Source of the DNA: Entomortierella parvispora E1425
Taxonomy: Eukaryota; Fungi; Mortierellomycota
DNA: 64,000 nt
NCBI GenBank assembly: GCA_020891255.1
Contig: BQFW01000008.1
Span: 124,001-188,000 of the forward strand
Direction of reading: 5' to 3'
Shown here: positions 60,634 to 64,000 of the stretch, one piece after another
How positions within the stretch are numbered: the stretch's first letter is position 1
Layout: every line of letters begins with the position of its first letter
Notes under the pieces: model-generated
The model's database searches: none
Seen by the model: the letters and a program-made list of their open reading frames with translations, nothing else
Told to the model about the DNA's origin: nothing
Program-made: the position numbers and the translations under genes

Positions 60634-63454
60634 ATGTCAAAACGGGGTTCCACTCCCGCCTCGGATGGCTCAGAGGACGAGCATGAGTCCTTCCTCACCT
60701 ACGCCGAGACGACAGCAACGGCACCAGGAGTAACAGCAAGAGGTCTACGACAACACAGTCGCCCTGCGACCCCAGAGGAACGACCCCACTACCCACTCCA
60801 CTCTCGACAATACAACTCACAGACGACGTTATCTTCGTCCATCTCTTCGGGAGACGACGAGATCACACTGGCTGGGGCTGTTCTGGACCCTATCAGCATC
60901 CCTGTTCCCACAGCAGTAACAGCAGCAGCAGCAGCGCCAATGACAACAACAACAACAACAACAACAACAACAGGAGGAACAACCGGACCGGCACCAGCAC
61001 CGACCCCAGCCACGTTCTCAAAATGGAGCACGATCGGGCACCAGGTCTCTTTCCTTGGCACGGGTATCTTCTCGACGCTCGCTGTGCAATGGCTGTACTA
61101 CCAGGGAGGAGCTTGTAAGGATCATTCTCTTCCCGTTCTCCCCACCTCACTAGAACATGCCCTTTGCCACACCTTGCCCCACCCTTCTTTCCTTCCTTCT
61201 TGGGAAGGAACTGCATGCTCCGATCGCGTCTCCCTGTATCGATTCTTCTTTTTGTTCTTTCAAGGCTGCTGCCTGAACACTAAAACTAAATCCCGACCAT
61301 GCCTTTCTTTGTTTTTTCTGTCTGCTGTGCTATAGCCGGGACTTCCATGTTGACTGTCTTCTTCAACTACATCGGGATGATGCTGGTCGGTGTGATCTTT
61401 GCTGCCCAGACTTGGTACGCTGACAGAAGGCAGCGGAGACTGGCCACCACAGGAACAGCCGAGTACGACGTCTTGATGACAGAGACCACAGACTTGTCGG
61501 AACCTGGACATGTAAGGAAGAGGCTATTTCCCTGTGCAGTTCGACCCCTTGCGTCCCAGTGGGGGTTTTTTTACTACATCATCTTTGATCTAATCGTCCC
61601 TCTCGTTCCTTTTCTTTATGCAATATTGCAGGATGCATATCGGGATCATATCGAGCTATTGGCGGGCAAGACAGGTCGCAGCAAACACAACATGGAGACA
61701 AAGACCCATGTGCTGCATGACGAGGAAGAGGAAGAGGACGAGGAAGAGAGTCTTGAGGACATGTTTATCAGGGAGCAACAAGCATTAGAGGACATGATGG
61801 ACGAGGAGAAGCAACGCCTTCATCTCCATAAGAACAAACTGGCAGCCCCCACCTCTGGCAAAAGCCGGTCGCTTGCCTCCCGATTCGGATTGCACTGGCC
61901 CGTGATTCAGGTGGCAGTGATGGACGTGATAGCAAACGCTTTGGTGACCGTTGGATTCTTTTACGTCGGCAGTGGAGTAAGTATCATCTTGACTTTTACT
62001 TTTTTTTTTTTCTTTGGGTGGCTTTTGTCCTCATGGCTGGTTCGTTTGTTGCAAAAATAGCAGACCTTCAGCGAGCAAGAGGGCACACATGCAAGGGTTT
62101 TCAGGGCAGGGTACTTACGGTTTGTGGGTTTTTTCCCCCTCACGATAGATGTACCAAGTCATTTACAGTTCAATTGTGATCTGGTGCGCGATTTTGACCA
62201 GGATCTTCCTGTCCCGGAAACTGAACAATGTCCAGTGGGTTGCAATTGTGGGAGTAACGTTCGGATTGGCTGTCAGTGCGTTGGGAACGGTTCAGGAGGA
62301 CTCGCCTGATGGGCCTGTTCAAAGCTGTAAGTGTCTTTTGCTCTCTCTTTTCATCTCTCCTGCAAGGGGCGATAACAATCAAAGGAGCATGGGCAGGATG
62401 GAATGGAAAACGCTGGACAATCAGCAGCCAATTATTAGACCAACGTGTCACAGAGACATGTTCGCGCGGCTGGGTCAACAAACAAGGAGAAAGGCACGGG
62501 ACTTTGGGCTAGGGACCGCAGGGACGCAAAGAACGCAGGGACGATGGCAAACAACAAAGAGAGGCAAAGCCTTGGGCGAAGGCGGGGAGAAGCACAGCCA
62601 TGTCATCATCGTGCCGTAATTGTGCACGACACGAACACGATCCGATCCAAAGCCCATCTTGTTTTTTTTTTTTTCTTTTTTTCTAAAAAGAATGGAAAAT
62701 GAAAAGGCTCAGTTTGTTTTCGAGTTCCACAGGGATTGACCGAGTTGATTTTTTTTCCCTTTGTTGACTAGGGCTGGAAAAGTCGTTTGGGGCGTTGATC
62801 ACCTTGGGCGCCACCTTTCTTTACGCGTGCGTCTATGTCCTCTCGGACAAAGTCCTGTCCACGTTCAAACCTACACCCGTCCCGGAAAAAGTCTGCTCGA
62901 TGGTCGGAGGCTATGCTGCGTTGCTCACGTTCATCTATCTCTGCGTCTACACCTTTCCCAACTGGCAAACGGAGGTTGTAGAGGTGGTCGAGGCCCATGG
63001 GTCGAACTGGACAGGAATCATCATGGTCTATCCACTGGTCACGATCTCGTCCATGCTGCACTCCTTGAACTATTACGTGCTCTTGTCCAGGATCAACAAC
63101 ATTGCGGTCGGCATCATGCAGTCCTTGAGGGCCGTCTTGGTCTTTGTCATGAGCCACTATCTGTTCTGTGGCATCTCTCAGACGCAATGCTTTAACGAAT
63201 GGAAGTTTATCTCGGCCATCGTCGTCATTGGGTGCGTCACCTTGTTCAGCTTCAGCTCACCACCCAAGGCTGTGGAGGCCGATGCTGCCAATACTACAAC
63301 GGCGTCGATGGATGCTGCTGGATCCCCCTTGTCTGCAGATCCTGAACATTTTGTTTTTCAACAACAACCTCGCTTTGAGGGAAGGACCACAGCTCTTCAT
63401 AGAACCCACTCTCCGATACCCCGACGCAGCGCGTCCTCAGAATACTCGCCATGA
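60634..63454 (+). CDS. DMT-superfamily SLC35-like (nucleotide-sugar/metabolite) transporter, about 620 aa
   Basis: Exons 60634-61114, 61336-61511, 61632-61976, 62149-62326, 62772-63454. Motifs DVIANAL, GSGMYQVIYSSIVIWCAILTRIFLSRKLNNVQW, GIMQSLRAVLVF; multiple transmembrane helices. Confidence 0.85.
60914..60972. repeat. Coding trinucleotide microsatellites (GCA)n/(ACA)n encoding poly-Ala and poly-Thr
   Basis: cagcagtaacagcagcagcagcagcg followed by acaacaacaacaacaacaacaacaaca in exon 1 of the transporter. Confidence 0.8.
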
Positions 63455-63803
63455 TTTGCCATTAAAAGAAGGGGATCTATATGTGGAGTATTATATATTT
63501 ATTCATTTGTTTTTTGTATTTTGTTTGAAAAAAAGTGGACGAGGGGGGTTGAGGTGGATATATTATGAAGAGTAGACATACAAAGAAGCAACAACCAAAA
63601 CAAAAAAAGCAGCACCGCACCGTCCACGTCAACAAAAGGCACTCCGGACACTCTGCACGAGGTGTATGACTATATCTCCCGCGTGCCCTTCTTCTTGAGT
63701 CAATGTCGCGTTTTTTTTTTCCTTTTCTTTTTTCCCAGGTTCTTTTGGATATCATTTGTTTATGAAGTTTGTTCATTTTTTTTGTTTCGTTCCTTTTTTT
63801 TTT

Positions 63804-64000
63804 TTACACAACGGCAGACTCTGTCGTAACAGCTTGCCCAGGGCCCAAGATCCCGGCAAAGTCATCACTGGCGCCTCCGGCGGCGACGACCACGCCGTCA
63901 TGACTCGCTCTGCTTTGACTGCTGCTTCGACTGCTGCTGGTACCGCTCCCACTGCCACTACCGCTTCCGCCGTGCATGCTCTCGTCCAGATCATGGCCGT
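63804..64000 (-). CDS. 3' end of a gene truncated by the window edge (G/S-rich C-terminus)
   Basis: Open frame 63998-63804 reading GHDLDESMHGGSGSGSGSGTSSSRSSSQ...TTESAVV-TAA, followed on the minus strand by an A-rich 3'-UTR-like sequence. Not identifiable. Confidence 0.55.
   Translation of the reverse strand, partial: GHDLDESMHGGSGSGSGSGTSSSRSSSQSRASHDGVVVAAGGASDDFAGILGPGQAVTTESAVV

Noticed and set aside
1-64000. Search for tRNA, rRNA, snRNA, SRP and RNase P/MRP signatures
   Set aside because: GTTCGA-like and GAAAGTCC-like hits lacked the surrounding structure; none supported by eye. An Infernal/tRNAscan run would be definitive.

Overview
Gene-dense, intron-containing fungal nuclear DNA. 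It is most consistent with an early-diverging fungus of the Mortierellaceae type (inference from gene content, short GT-AG introns, CT-rich leaders and long poly-A/T runs). I reconstructed about 22 protein-coding loci by hand-splicing the ORF track: secreted histidine acid phosphatase, NIPA/DUF803 Mg transporter, insulysin/Ste23-like M16 peptidase (apparent 1-nt frameshift), acyl-CoA oxidase, Srk1/Rck2-type CAMK kinase, TAF8, SmF, a 110-aa orphan, Hsp90, an RGG/QP-rich low-complexity protein, Vps28, mitochondrial S12, Asf1, Dph2, a 372-aa unknown, an ABC-F protein, importin-11/Kap120, two tandem Git1-like MFS permeases, a bacterial-type secreted lipase, an SLC35/DMT transporter and the 3' end of a gene cut by the window edge. 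I found no rRNA, tRNA, CRISPR array or intact transposon. The most notable observations: mitochondrial S12 naturally carries Arg at the classic streptomycin-resistance position (K42/K43); an actinobacterial-like lipase with a fungal prepro leader and 4 introns lies next to duplicated glycerophosphodiester permeases; the acyl-CoA oxidase has a PTS2 in a small first exon; all five TCACGTG E-boxes I found lie just upstream of start codons; and there are two intergenic patches dense in short palindromes. All exon boundaries are manual predictions, not transcript-verified.
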